Assembly (NCBI GenBank): GCA_045863295.1
Contig: BTWA01000049.1
Span: forward strand, 1 to 34,517
Length of the DNA stretch: 34,517 nt
From: Candidatus Hydrogenedentota bacterium
GTDB taxonomy: Bacteria; Hydrogenedentota; Hydrogenedentia; Hydrogenedentales; SLHB01
Direction of reading: 5' to 3'
The translations under genes and the position numbers were made by a program. Of this stretch, positions 8,590-16,913 are shown one piece after another; positions within the stretch are counted from its first letter, which is position 1; the number at the start of each line of letters is the position of its first letter. Below the pieces are notes generated by a model that was not told the DNA's origin, did no database searches, and saw only the letters and a list, made by a program, of their open reading frames with translations.

Positions 8590-8877
8590 ATGCCAATTTG
8601 ACGACATAGACCTCGCCAAGCGGACTCTTCTATTTTGATCCCCCGAAGATGGTATACTCATGCTATTCGAAGGCTTACATTTTAGCCGTAAACATTTTTG
8701 CCTGACACACCTCCGTTGCATTCTGGAAACAGAGACCGCAAGAAACGGATGCGATTGGGCCGTAGTGTCCGAATTGTTTCAGCCAAGGGAACGAATTGCG
8801 CCTTAGACCAGCCTGGAGCGGCCCCCGCCCCCGCAGGACGGTGTGGTGCATCGTGCAGGATAACAAGGATATCTGAT

Positions 8878-9834
8878 TTGGAAAGCGTACAACCGAAGCC
8901 AAGAGCGGCCGTCGATCAAATCCTGCCGTTTGAACGCCCCATCGCCGATTTGGAAGAACGGCTGGAACATGCTGTCGATGAGAAGGAACGGAGTAAACTC
9001 AAGCTCGCGTTGGATCGTGAGCGCGAGAGAATCTTCGCGGATTTGACCCCCTGGCAGCGGGTGCAACTGGCGAGGCATCCGCAACGCCCCCGAATGCTGG
9101 ATTACGTATTCAGCATCTTCGAAGATTTTATCGAGTTGCACGGCGACCGGCTGGCGAAGGATGACCGCGCCATGGTTGGCGGAATCGCAAGGTTCCACGG
9201 CCAGACCGTGGTCGTGGTCGGCCAACAAAAAGGCGTGTCCACCGAAGAAAAGGTTAGCCGGAATTTTGGCATGGCACATCCCGAGGGATATCGAAAGTCG
9301 CTGCGGTTGTTTAAATTGGCCGAACGATTGCACCTGCCGGTCATAACCTTGGTGGATACGCCGGCCGCACACCTCGATATCGATGCGGAACGCGGAGGGC
9401 AAGGTCCAGCCATCGCCGAAAACCTCTTGTATCTGATGGGCATAAAAACCCCCGTCTGCTGCATCCTCCTGGGGGAAGGCGGCAGCGGCGGCGCGCTCGC
9501 CATCGCAGTTGGTGATTGGATCGCCATGTTGGAACACGCCATGTACGTCATATGCCCGCCCGAACAATGCGCCGAAATCCTCTGGCGGGATGCCGACAAG
9601 AAAGAATTGGCCGCCTCCGCCATGCGTGTGACGGCCAGGGAACTGTTGGCGCTCGGCGTAATCGATTCGGTGGTGCCTGAGCCCGGCGGCGGTGCACACC
9701 GCAGCCCTGCCGCCTCCTATGCAAAAGTGGCCGAGGAAATCGCGCGCTTTCTGGACAAGGCGGCAGAGGGCGCATGGGCGCCCGAGAAGCGGCAGGATCG
9801 CTTCCGGAAAATGGGCGCCTGGCTGGAAAGCTGA
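8878..9834 (+). CDS. accA: Acetyl-CoA carboxylase carboxyltransferase subunit alpha
   Basis: LPFERPI, LTPWQRVQLARHPQRP, FIELHGDR, RNFGMAHPEGYRK, GEGGSGGALAI and VPEPGGGAHR. Probable TTG start at 8878 after AAGGA. Confidence 0.92.
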   Translation: MESVQPKPRAAVDQILPFERPIADLEERLEHAVDEKERSKLKLALDRERERIFADLTPWQRVQLARHPQRPRMLDYVFSIFEDFIELHGDRLAKDDRAMVGGIARFHGQTVVVVGQQKGVSTEEKVSRNFGMAHPEGYRKSLRLFKLAERLHLPVITLVDTPAAHLDIDAERGGQGPAIAENLLYLMGIKTPVCCILLGEGGSGGALAIAVGDWIAMLEHAMYVICPPEQCAEILWRDADKKELAASAMRVTARELLALGVIDSVVPEPGGGAHRSPAASYAKVAEEIARFLDKAAEGAWAPEKRQDRFRKMGAWLES

Positions 9835-9837
9835 ACC

Positions 9838-10128
9838 GTGACCTCCCTCGAAGAACGAGGAGGCGCCGTTCACTTGACGGTACGCGTACAACCAAGGGCG
9901 TCGCGCGAAGCAATCCAAGTTGAGAATGACGGCCGAATTCGAATCGCCATTACCGCCGCCCCAATGGACGGGGAAGCCAACACAGCCTTGTGCAGGCTGG
10001 TCGCAAAGGCGTTTGGCCTGCCTAAACGGTGCGTATCGGTCGCCCATGGCGCTCATTCCCGCGACAAAATCGTGCGCCTCGAAGGGACAACACTGCCCGA
10101 AGTGCGCCAGAAACTGTCAACGTTCTGA
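9838..10128 (+). CDS. DUF167 (YggU/UPF0235) family protein
   Basis: LTVRVQPRASR, AAPMDGEANTAL and GAHSRDKIV match the DUF167 pattern; GTG start 3 nt after the accA stop. Confidence 0.9.
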   Translation: MTSLEERGGAVHLTVRVQPRASREAIQVENDGRIRIAITAAPMDGEANTALCRLVAKAFGLPKRCVSVAHGAHSRDKIVRLEGTTLPEVRQKLSTF

Positions 10129-10246
10129 CCGGCGTATTCTTCCCGGTGACTCGACCTGTCGAATAGCAGTTACGAAATGGGAGGAACAGACTAACCGCCA
10201 CGAATCGCCGCCCAGCCCTGCCGGATAAGCGTGCGAAGAATGTAGA

Positions 10247-11071
10247 ATGCAAGGAGTCCCGGACATTTCAGAAGATAATCCCGGCAACGACATCGTTGAG
10301 ACTCGGACATCACGCAAATCGATGGAGCGTTTGGCTGCTGAGTTCAGCAGCGCAGCCAAGGGCCCCCTCCACACGGCGATGGCCGTCGCTCCGCCGCTGT
10401 GGGCCTGCGTGGAACTGGCGTGCCGCACACAAGGCGGCTCTCTTCACCAGTTCAGTCATGCGGCCGAATCCACCCCATTCGCCGTGTTGTCCTGGAACCC
10501 CATTAACGTCGTCGTCTGGCCCACCAACAAGTCCTCGTCCCGCGTCACGAATTGCCCCACGTCCATCATGGCCGCACAGTTGGCTGGGGCCGCTCGGATA
10601 ATTGTCTGTGCAAGCGCGTCCCCAATTGACAAGCGGAGAGCTCACACCACCATCCATCCAGTTGTCGACCATATAAACTGGTCCGGCGACAACCCATTGA
10701 TTGGAATACACGACGATGCCGGGTCCAATCGCTTTGTGGATGTCGCCTCCGTATACCGCAAATTTTTGTTGCGGCTGAAGGGAACTCTTGACGAGCACAA
10801 GGGGATAATAGGACATGGTGTGGTCTACCTTGAGGGACCCTCGCAGGGGGACACCTTTCCAATAACGGGAATTCCTGACGCCGCCCAGGCGTTTTCTTCA
10901 GAAGTGTATGGGAGCGGTTTGGTTACGACTATCTTGACGGCAGCGTTTTGCCGGATGGAAGTGTGGCCGTTCGTGGCCGTGAAGGGCGACAACGCGAAGG
11001 ATACCTCCTTGGAATCTCCGTTCGGTGAATTTCTTGAATTTTGTAAATTGTTACACTGTTATCACAATTAG
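10247..11071 (+). CDS. Highly diverged purine-nucleoside-phosphorylase-like protein (possible pseudoenzyme)
   Basis: VVDHINWSGDNPLIG...RFVDVASVY and GVVYLEGPS resemble PNP/MTAP-family segments, but the catalytic motifs are not recognisable. Start could be 10247 or 10322. Confidence 0.6.
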   Translation: MQGVPDISEDNPGNDIVETRTSRKSMERLAAEFSSAAKGPLHTAMAVAPPLWACVELACRTQGGSLHQFSHAAESTPFAVLSWNPINVVVWPTNKSSSRVTNCPTSIMAAQLAGAARIIVCASASPIDKRRAHTTIHPVVDHINWSGDNPLIGIHDDAGSNRFVDVASVYRKFLLRLKGTLDEHKGIIGHGVVYLEGPSQGDTFPITGIPDAAQAFSSEVYGSGLVTTILTAAFCRMEVWPFVAVKGDNAKDTSLESPFGEFLEFCKLLHCYHN

Positions 11072-11218
11072 GATAGTAGTTAGCCGTTAGTAACAAAAAG
11101 TCTTGATAAACTTTTGTCCGGTGTGTTCAAATGATGACTGTCGGCGAAAGGGCGGTACTCGCAGGGAACGTCGCGAACGCCTTCAGCAGACTACTTAAAA
11201 GAAGGGCAGGAGTCCTAG

Positions 11219-12349
11219 ATGATGTCAAATCGGATCATCCGTGGTTTCTTCGTGTTTGCCTGCACGGTCATGGGAATGCTGTGGGCAAATCACCTGGCCA
11301 CGACCTATTACACCGATTTGGACATCCCCGCATCCATCCAAACCGACAAACCAAAACCCCAAGCCAGCAATCGCGAAGAAGCCGCGGCCACCCCCATGGA
11401 ACAAGAGGCCAAACTCAGCGAAACCGAAGCGGCATCGGTGCTGAAATGGACCATCTTTGGCGGATTCATCGGCGCGGGCGTATCGCTCATAGTGCTCTTC
11501 AGTCTGCGGTTCGTCACACAGGAATTATTCGAAAAATTCTCGCCTGCGCTGCTCGCGATCGTGGTCGCGATGGTCATGGGATACGGACTCGCGGAATACA
11601 TCTTGCAATTCTGGGAGAACATCGACCCCAATATCTCCATCTTCCTCACCACAAGCCTGGTCCTCATTTTCGGATACATCGGAATTTCACTCGGCCTGAC
11701 CCGCGCATCGAGTTGGGAAGCCTTGATCAAGGCCGTCCACCGGCATAACCCCAAACTGGTCGATACTAGCGTGATCATTGACGGCCGAATCGCGGACATC
11801 TGCGCGACCGGGTTTATCGAAGGCACACTCATTGTCCCCCGCTTCGTATTGAAGGAACTGCAGATGGTGGCCGATTCCCCCGACGTCCTGCGACGCATGC
11901 GCGGCCGGCGTGGACTCGACATCCTGAAACAATTGCAGGATCCCCTCAGCCTGGTCACCGTCGAAGTGGTCGATGACGACCCCATGGAAATCCCCGATGT
12001 GGACAACAAGCTCGTGTTCCTCGCGCGCAAGTACAATGCGAAAATCCTCACCAACGATTTCAACCTGAACAAGGTCGCCCAGGTCGATGGCGTAAACGTG
12101 CTGAATATCAACGATCTCGCCAACGCCCTGAAGCCCGCCGTACTGCCCGACGAACAAATGCAAGTGCGCATCGTCAAGGAGGGCAAGGAAGCCACCCAGG
12201 GCGTCGGATACCTCGACGACGGCACCATGGTCGTGGTTGACGGTGGCAAAAACCACGTCGGCGAAAATGTTTCTGTGCTCGTCACAAGCGTGCTGCAAAC
12301 CTCCGCCGGCCGCATGATATTTACCAAGCTCAACACCGTCCTTTCGTGA
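11219..12349 (+). CDS. Membrane-anchored PIN/TRAM domain protein (YacL-like)
   Basis: Four hydrophobic helices, PIN motifs VDTSVIIDGRI, RGRRGLDIL and LTNDFNLNKVA, TRAM motifs QGVGYLDDGTMVVV and VTSVLQTSAGRMIF; upstream of ispD-ispF as in Bacillus. Confidence 0.93.
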   Translation: MMSNRIIRGFFVFACTVMGMLWANHLATTYYTDLDIPASIQTDKPKPQASNREEAAATPMEQEAKLSETEAASVLKWTIFGGFIGAGVSLIVLFSLRFVTQELFEKFSPALLAIVVAMVMGYGLAEYILQFWENIDPNISIFLTTSLVLIFGYIGISLGLTRASSWEALIKAVHRHNPKLVDTSVIIDGRIADICATGFIEGTLIVPRFVLKELQMVADSPDVLRRMRGRRGLDILKQLQDPLSLVTVEVVDDDPMEIPDVDNKLVFLARKYNAKILTNDFNLNKVAQVDGVNVLNINDLANALKPAVLPDEQMQVRIVKEGKEATQGVGYLDDGTMVVVDGGKNHVGENVSVLVTSVLQTSAGRMIFTKLNTVLS

Positions 12350-13032
12350 AAGTCCAAGTCTTGATAGTGGCCGGGGGCATGGGAACCCGGCTGGGACATC
12401 CGCAGCCAAAGGCGCTGGTCACCATCGCCGGCGACGTGATGTTGCGTCGCACGTTCGCGCGGTTTCACGACGCAGGCTTGACCGAACGCGCGCTTGTCAC
12501 CCTGCCCGCCGGATTCGAACACGCCTTTCGCGAGGCCCTCGCTCCATACGAGTCCTGTGCAATCCAGCTTGTTCCCGGTGGAAAGGAACGCCAAAATTCC
12601 GTGGCAAACGGTCTTTCCAAACTGGATCCCGACACAGACATTGTCGTCATCCACGATGCCGCACGGCCGTTCGTTGCCGTCGAATCCATCCAGGCGTCCG
12701 TCGACGCCGCCGCGGAGTTTGGCGCGGCAACGGTGGCCATCCCATCCATCGATACCATCCTCGTAAGCGATTCGAATACGTTTCTGGTGGATACGCCCGA
12801 TCGGGCTACGCTGTGGGCTTGCCAAACCCCGCAGACGTTCCGGTTGAATGTCATTCGCGAGGCGCACGAAGCCGCACGGCGGGACGGATTTCTGGGCACG
12901 GACGACGGCTCTCTCGTGCGGCGCAACGGAGGCCGCGTTAAACTGGTCATGGGCTCGCCATTGAATTTCAAAATCACAACACCCGCCGATCTGGCATTGG
13001 CCGAGGCTGTGGTGGAAAGGGGACTCGCGTGA
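12346..13032 (+). CDS. ispD: 2-C-methyl-D-erythritol 4-phosphate cytidylyltransferase
   Basis: [35 protein letters not shown] and NFKITTPAD motifs; GTGA overlap with the upstream gene. Confidence 0.95.
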   Translation: MKVQVLIVAGGMGTRLGHPQPKALVTIAGDVMLRRTFARFHDAGLTERALVTLPAGFEHAFREALAPYESCAIQLVPGGKERQNSVANGLSKLDPDTDIVVIHDAARPFVAVESIQASVDAAAEFGAATVAIPSIDTILVSDSNTFLVDTPDRATLWACQTPQTFRLNVIREAHEAARRDGFLGTDDGSLVRRNGGRVKLVMGSPLNFKITTPADLALAEAVVERGLA

Positions 13033-13502
13033 TTCGCGTCGGCACGGGATATGATCTGCACCGGCTCGAGACCGGACGACCCCTCATCCTCGCGGGAGTG
13101 ACCATCCCCCACGAAAAAGGCCTTATCGGACATTCTGACGCGGACGTGCTGGCGCATGCAATTACCGACGCCCTGCTCGGTGCCGCCGCATTGGGAAACA
13201 TCGGCATGCTGTTTCCCGACAATGACCCCGCCTACAAAGGCGCCGATAGCATGGTGCTCCTGAAACGCGCCTGGGACAAGGTCGCCGCGGAAGGCTATCG
13301 TATCGGCAACATCGATGCCACCATCGTCGCCCAACGGCCCAAACTAAACCCCCACGTCGACGTCATGCGGAAAAAACTGGCGGAATGCCTCGACATCGCC
13401 ACGGACAAAATCTCCGTCAAAGCCAAAACCAACGAAGCCGTCGGCCCCGAAGGCCGCGAAGAAGCCATCAGCGTACAAGCCATCGCACTCTTAGAAAAGT
13501 AG
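13029..13502 (+). CDS. ispF: 2-C-methyl-D-erythritol 2,4-cyclodiphosphate synthase
   Basis: [30 protein letters not shown] and SVKAKTNE motifs. Confidence 0.96.
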   Translation: MIRVGTGYDLHRLETGRPLILAGVTIPHEKGLIGHSDADVLAHAITDALLGAAALGNIGMLFPDNDPAYKGADSMVLLKRAWDKVAAEGYRIGNIDATIVAQRPKLNPHVDVMRKKLAECLDIATDKISVKAKTNEAVGPEGREEAISVQAIALLEK

Positions 13503-13569
13503 ACCCCGTCCCGTTAAGATGCACTCACGCGCCGCAACAAGCGACCGGCAATTCACCATACCCACAACC

Positions 13570-13659
13570 CCGCGATCCCGGAAAATCAATAAATACCCCT
13601 TGTTTCAATCCACAAGTCAAATCACCCTGTTTGCAACAGACCACGCATATAACTTGACG
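13570..13659 (+). repeat. Copy A of a ~90-bp imperfect direct repeat
   Basis: The first 36 nt (CCGCGATCCCGGAAAATCAATAAATACCCCTTGTTT) match 13879-13914 at 32/36. Similarity continues through GTC.AATCACCC...TGCAACA.ACCA and ...GACG. Confidence 0.85.
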
Positions 13660-13725
13660 GTATCATCCCCCGTCGCCAAATTTCGAGGAGTAGCTCGGTA
13701 TTCAAAAGAGTACCACCCGTCCTCC

Positions 13726-13779
13726 GTCACTTGAGCCACTTTGGTCACTTGAGTCCTTTGGGTCCTTTTTGTCACTCCA
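13726..13779 (+). repeat. Degenerate 9-bp tandem repeat, six units
   Basis: GTCACTTGA GCCACTTTG GTCACTTGA GTCCTTTGG GTCCTTTTT GTCACTCCA. Confidence 0.75.
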
Positions 13780-13878
13780 CGGCGGTGTCTCCCAACTAAC
13801 CTATGTTGCGCAATGTCGTCAAGGCACCAACGTCTGGCCACCCGACCAAGTGCAACACCCTTGTTCCCGTCAAAAAAA

Positions 13879-13970
13879 CCGCGATCCCTGCAAATCCATA
13901 AATAACCCTTGTTTTGTTTTTTCACCGTCGAATCACCCCAGATGCAACAAACCAGGCAAACAAGTAGACG
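13879..13970 (+). repeat. Copy B of the ~90-bp imperfect direct repeat
   Basis: CCGCGATCCCTGCAAATCCATAAATAACCCTTGTTT...GTCGAATCACCCCAGATGCAACAAACCAGGCAAACAAGTAGACG aligns to copy A. Confidence 0.85.
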
Positions 13971-14063
13971 TGTCGACGCCCGCTTCCGCTCTATGCAAGG
14001 ACGCACGTGCCAACATCCAACGAGGTTGGCGTCCTGCGCGGTGGATTGAGTATCGTGTAGGCC

Positions 14064-14477
14064 ATGAACTCGTCGTTTTTCACCGCAATCGCGGTGCTGG
14101 AAATAGCCGCCTTGGCAAACACGCTCGCAGGCGCATGGTTGACCCATGACTTCCTGCGCGAAGTGACCTGCATCAACAGTTTTCATTCGATGGAACGGTT
14201 CAAAAGATACGCGGCAACACAAATGTATCAGGCCCTGCTGCAAATCGGATTTCTCGGCCTGCCGTTCTTGCTGTTCACCTACGGCATGATTCAGAAATCA
14301 CTGAACCCCTGGGGGTTCATTGCCGTGATCGGACCCACCTTGGTCATCTTGATTATTTCCGTGAAATTAAAGGCGATGGAGAAACGGATCGCAAACCTGC
14401 CCGTGGACGAAACGTACAAGGCCGAATTCGCACACGTCTACCACGTGTGGATGAACGAACCATTTCCAACGTGGTGA
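14064..14477 (+). CDS. Hypothetical membrane protein (three predicted TM helices)
   Basis: 137-aa ORF with hydrophobic segments at the N-terminus and at about residues 57-76 and 84-100. It fills the gap before queG; no family recognised. Confidence 0.7.
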   Translation: MNSSFFTAIAVLEIAALANTLAGAWLTHDFLREVTCINSFHSMERFKRYAATQMYQALLQIGFLGLPFLLFTYGMIQKSLNPWGFIAVIGPTLVILIISVKLKAMEKRIANLPVDETYKAEFAHVYHVWMNEPFPTW

Positions 14478-14498
14478 ACCCAGTCTCTGAGGAACGGC

Positions 14499-15446
14499 AT
14501 GCAGACTCGATCGCCAAGGCTTTGCAGCCTATCCGTCAAGGATGCCGCGAAGGCCAACGGATTTGACGCGTGCGGCATCGCCGCGGCCCGGGACATTGAC
14601 CCCGACGACCGGCTCGGGCAATGGCTGGCCAACGGATATCATGCGGACATGGCATGGATGGCCAATACGCGGGAAGTTCGACAAAATGTCCAGCGGAAAT
14701 TGCCCGGCGCAAAATCGGTCGTCGTGGTTGCACGGAATTACTACGCCCAACGCCCCGGCAAGCCTGAAGGCGCCGGGCGCGTTTCCCGATACGCCTGGGG
14801 ACGCGATTACCACAACGTATTGCGAAAACCGTTACGGAGAATCGCCGAACACATTCAATCCCTGTCGCCAATGGCGGAAACCTACTGTTGCATCGATTCC
14901 GGGCCCGTCATGGAAAAAGCTTGGGCCATGCAGGCCGGCTTGGGTTGGATCGGCAAGAACAGCCTGGTCTTGAGGAAAGGCCTCGGTTCCTGGTTTTTCC
15001 TGGGTGTCGTGCTCACCACGTTGGAACTCGAACCGGACGCACCCGCGACGGACCAATGTGGCGCTTGCCGGTTGTGCATTGACGCCTGCCCGACTGAGGC
15101 GCTTGTGGATCCCAGAACGGTGGACGCCACCAAATGTATCTCATACCATACAATTGAAAATCGGGGCGAGATACCGCAGCCCATCCGGGAACGAATGAAA
15201 GACTGGGTTTTCGGCTGCGACATTTGTCAAGAGGTGTGCCCATGGAACCGGCGACCGGTCACGACAACGGAATCCGATTTCCTTCCCAGGGAATCCCAGG
15301 CCCATTTGACCAAGGAAGGTATTGTTGACATGGACGAAAAAGGGTTCTTGAACCGTTTCGCAGGCACCCCCCTGATGCGTGCCAAATTGCATGGCCTGGT
15401 GCGAAATCTGGATATTATTGAAACCAACACGCCACTTCAGGGATAA
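14499..15446 (+). CDS. queG: Epoxyqueuosine reductase
   Basis: GYHADMAWM, VSRYAWGRDYH, AGLGWIGKN, GSWFFLG, CGACRLCIDACPT, CISYHTIE and FGCDICQEVCPWN. Confidence 0.96.
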   Translation: MQTRSPRLCSLSVKDAAKANGFDACGIAAARDIDPDDRLGQWLANGYHADMAWMANTREVRQNVQRKLPGAKSVVVVARNYYAQRPGKPEGAGRVSRYAWGRDYHNVLRKPLRRIAEHIQSLSPMAETYCCIDSGPVMEKAWAMQAGLGWIGKNSLVLRKGLGSWFFLGVVLTTLELEPDAPATDQCGACRLCIDACPTEALVDPRTVDATKCISYHTIENRGEIPQPIRERMKDWVFGCDICQEVCPWNRRPVTTTESDFLPRESQAHLTKEGIVDMDEKGFLNRFAGTPLMRAKLHGLVRNLDIIETNTPLQG

Positions 15447-15540
15447 GGTATCAGGCCATTAAGGAACGGTGGTTGCCGCATCGTCCACGGAAACTCGTCC
15501 ACAAACTGACTGATTTCAGCCATTTAACATCGTTTTTAGG

Positions 15541-15568
15541 TTGCAATGTAAACAGTTAATGGTATACT
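15541..15568 (+). promoter_or_regulatory. Putative promoter (TTGCAA-16-TATACT, extended TG)
   Basis: TTGCAA 15541-15546, TG 15560-15561, TATACT 15563-15568, upstream of ATG 15613. Confidence 0.6.
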
Positions 15569-15612
15569 TGGTTGGGATTGGGGTCGCTTCCCCAAAACAG
15601 AATGAACCGCCT

Positions 15613-16911
15613 ATGGAAAACGAAGTAAACGATAGCATTCCAGACCTCGAATCGGTCGATGCCTTGAAGGCGCGGATCGCCGAACTGGAATTGCACCAGA
15701 TTCAATCCGAAGCGCTGATGTCCCAACTCCAGAAAACGCAACTGGAGGAAAAACGGTTCAGCGACAGCCTGACGGTTTTAATCGACGTCAGTAATGAATT
15801 GGCCACGGCCAGGTCAAAAGACGATCTATGCCGCGAAGCCGTCCGGCTGGCCCGGACAAAACTGGGCTTCGAGCGGATCGGCATCTGGTTTGTAGCCAAG
15901 GAACCCAACTGCGTAAAGGGCTCGTTTGGCGTTGACGACGACGGCAACGTGCGCGACGAACGCGGCTGGCGCATGCACATCCCCCCCGAATCGCCGGAGG
16001 CCCGCGTGCTCCGATGCAACGACTCGATCGTATTTATAGGAGAAACCCGCGCCACCCACGGGTATCGTATCGACGATACCTCGGGCAAACAGGCGCTGGC
16101 GCCGTTGCGCGATGGCGATACGGTGGTCGGATATATCAGCATGGACAACCAGCTCACCGGCCGGCCAATCGTGTGGCAGCAATGCGAACTGTTCCGGTTG
16201 TTCGCCTCCGCCATCGGGCACGTGTGGGCGCGCATCCGGACGCTGAAGGCATTAATGGAAAGCGAAGATCGCTACCGGACCGTTGCGGAGTTTTCTTCTG
16301 ATTTCACGTATTGGATGGATCCGGATTCGAAAATGAGGTACGTCAGCCCCGCGTGCTTCGATGTAACGGGCTACACAGCGGAAGAATTTTACGAATCCCC
16401 CCGCTTGTTGGACAGCATTGTACACCCCGATGACCGCCTCACGTGGCATAATCACCACGACGCGGTATTCGCCAACAGCCATGGCAACAGCGTGCACATT
16501 CGCATCGTGCGCAAGGACGGCGAAACGAGGTGGATCTCCCATGTCTGCCGTTCGGTGAGGGATGCCGAAGGCGCGTTTGTAGGCACGCGCGGCAGCCACC
16601 GCGACGTAACAGCACAAAAAAAGGCGGACCTGGAGCGGGAAAAGTTAATCGCCGAGTTGCGGGCCGCCATGACCAAGGTGCGAACCTTGGGTGGACTATT
16701 GCCCATTTGCGCGAACTGCAAAAAGATACGCAACGACGAAGGATATTGGACCCAGATTGAAGAGTATATCCGCGAACATTCGGAAGCCGAGTTCAGCCAC
16801 GGGCTGTGCCCGGAGTGCATGGACCATCTGTATCCGGAAGTCAAACACAAAATGCATCAGGAATCCGGGGCCGCCGGTGCCCCGGCGCAGGAGCTGGTGA
16901 AAAGAGCCTAA
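15613..16911 (+). CDS. GAF-PAS/PAC sensory protein with a C-terminal CxxC...CxxC domain and no catalytic output domain
   Basis: N-terminal coiled coil, GAF-like region (APLRDGDTVVGYISMDN), PAS (ESEDRYR...YVSPAC..VTGYTAEEF...VHPDD...RKDGETRW...RDVT) and tail LLPICANCKKIRNDEGYW...SHGLCPEC. ATG 15613 preferred because the ORF-track TTG is the -35 box. Confidence 0.88.
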   Translation: MENEVNDSIPDLESVDALKARIAELELHQIQSEALMSQLQKTQLEEKRFSDSLTVLIDVSNELATARSKDDLCREAVRLARTKLGFERIGIWFVAKEPNCVKGSFGVDDDGNVRDERGWRMHIPPESPEARVLRCNDSIVFIGETRATHGYRIDDTSGKQALAPLRDGDTVVGYISMDNQLTGRPIVWQQCELFRLFASAIGHVWARIRTLKALMESEDRYRTVAEFSSDFTYWMDPDSKMRYVSPACFDVTGYTAEEFYESPRLLDSIVHPDDRLTWHNHHDAVFANSHGNSVHIRIVRKDGETRWISHVCRSVRDAEGAFVGTRGSHRDVTAQKKADLEREKLIAELRAAMTKVRTLGGLLPICANCKKIRNDEGYWTQIEEYIREHSEAEFSHGLCPECMDHLYPEVKHKMHQESGAAGAPAQELVKRA

Positions 16912-16913
16912 CG

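Noticed and set aside
8660..8806. 48-aa ORF (MLFEGLHF...) in the accA leader, and a c-di-GMP-I riboswitch resemblance
   Set aside because: No SD or motif for the ORF; only a GAAA loop resembles the riboswitch, and its second stem and core are absent.
8803..12867. Long minus-strand ORFs (8803-10056, 11308-12867) and similar shadows elsewhere (e.g. 5793-6938, 12465-13334, 32142-33095)
   Set aside because: They lie opposite clearly identified genes and are typical of GC-rich codon bias; no motifs.
13570..13970. CRISPR array interpretation of the 36-nt repeat core
   Set aside because: Only two imperfect copies ~310 bp apart, similarity extends beyond the core, and there are no cas genes.
13617..14243. 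208-aa minus-strand ORF and 126-aa plus-strand ORF across the repeat region
   Set aside because: Atypical composition, overlap with the better 14064-14477 gene, and apparent periodicity explained by the 9-bp DNA repeat.
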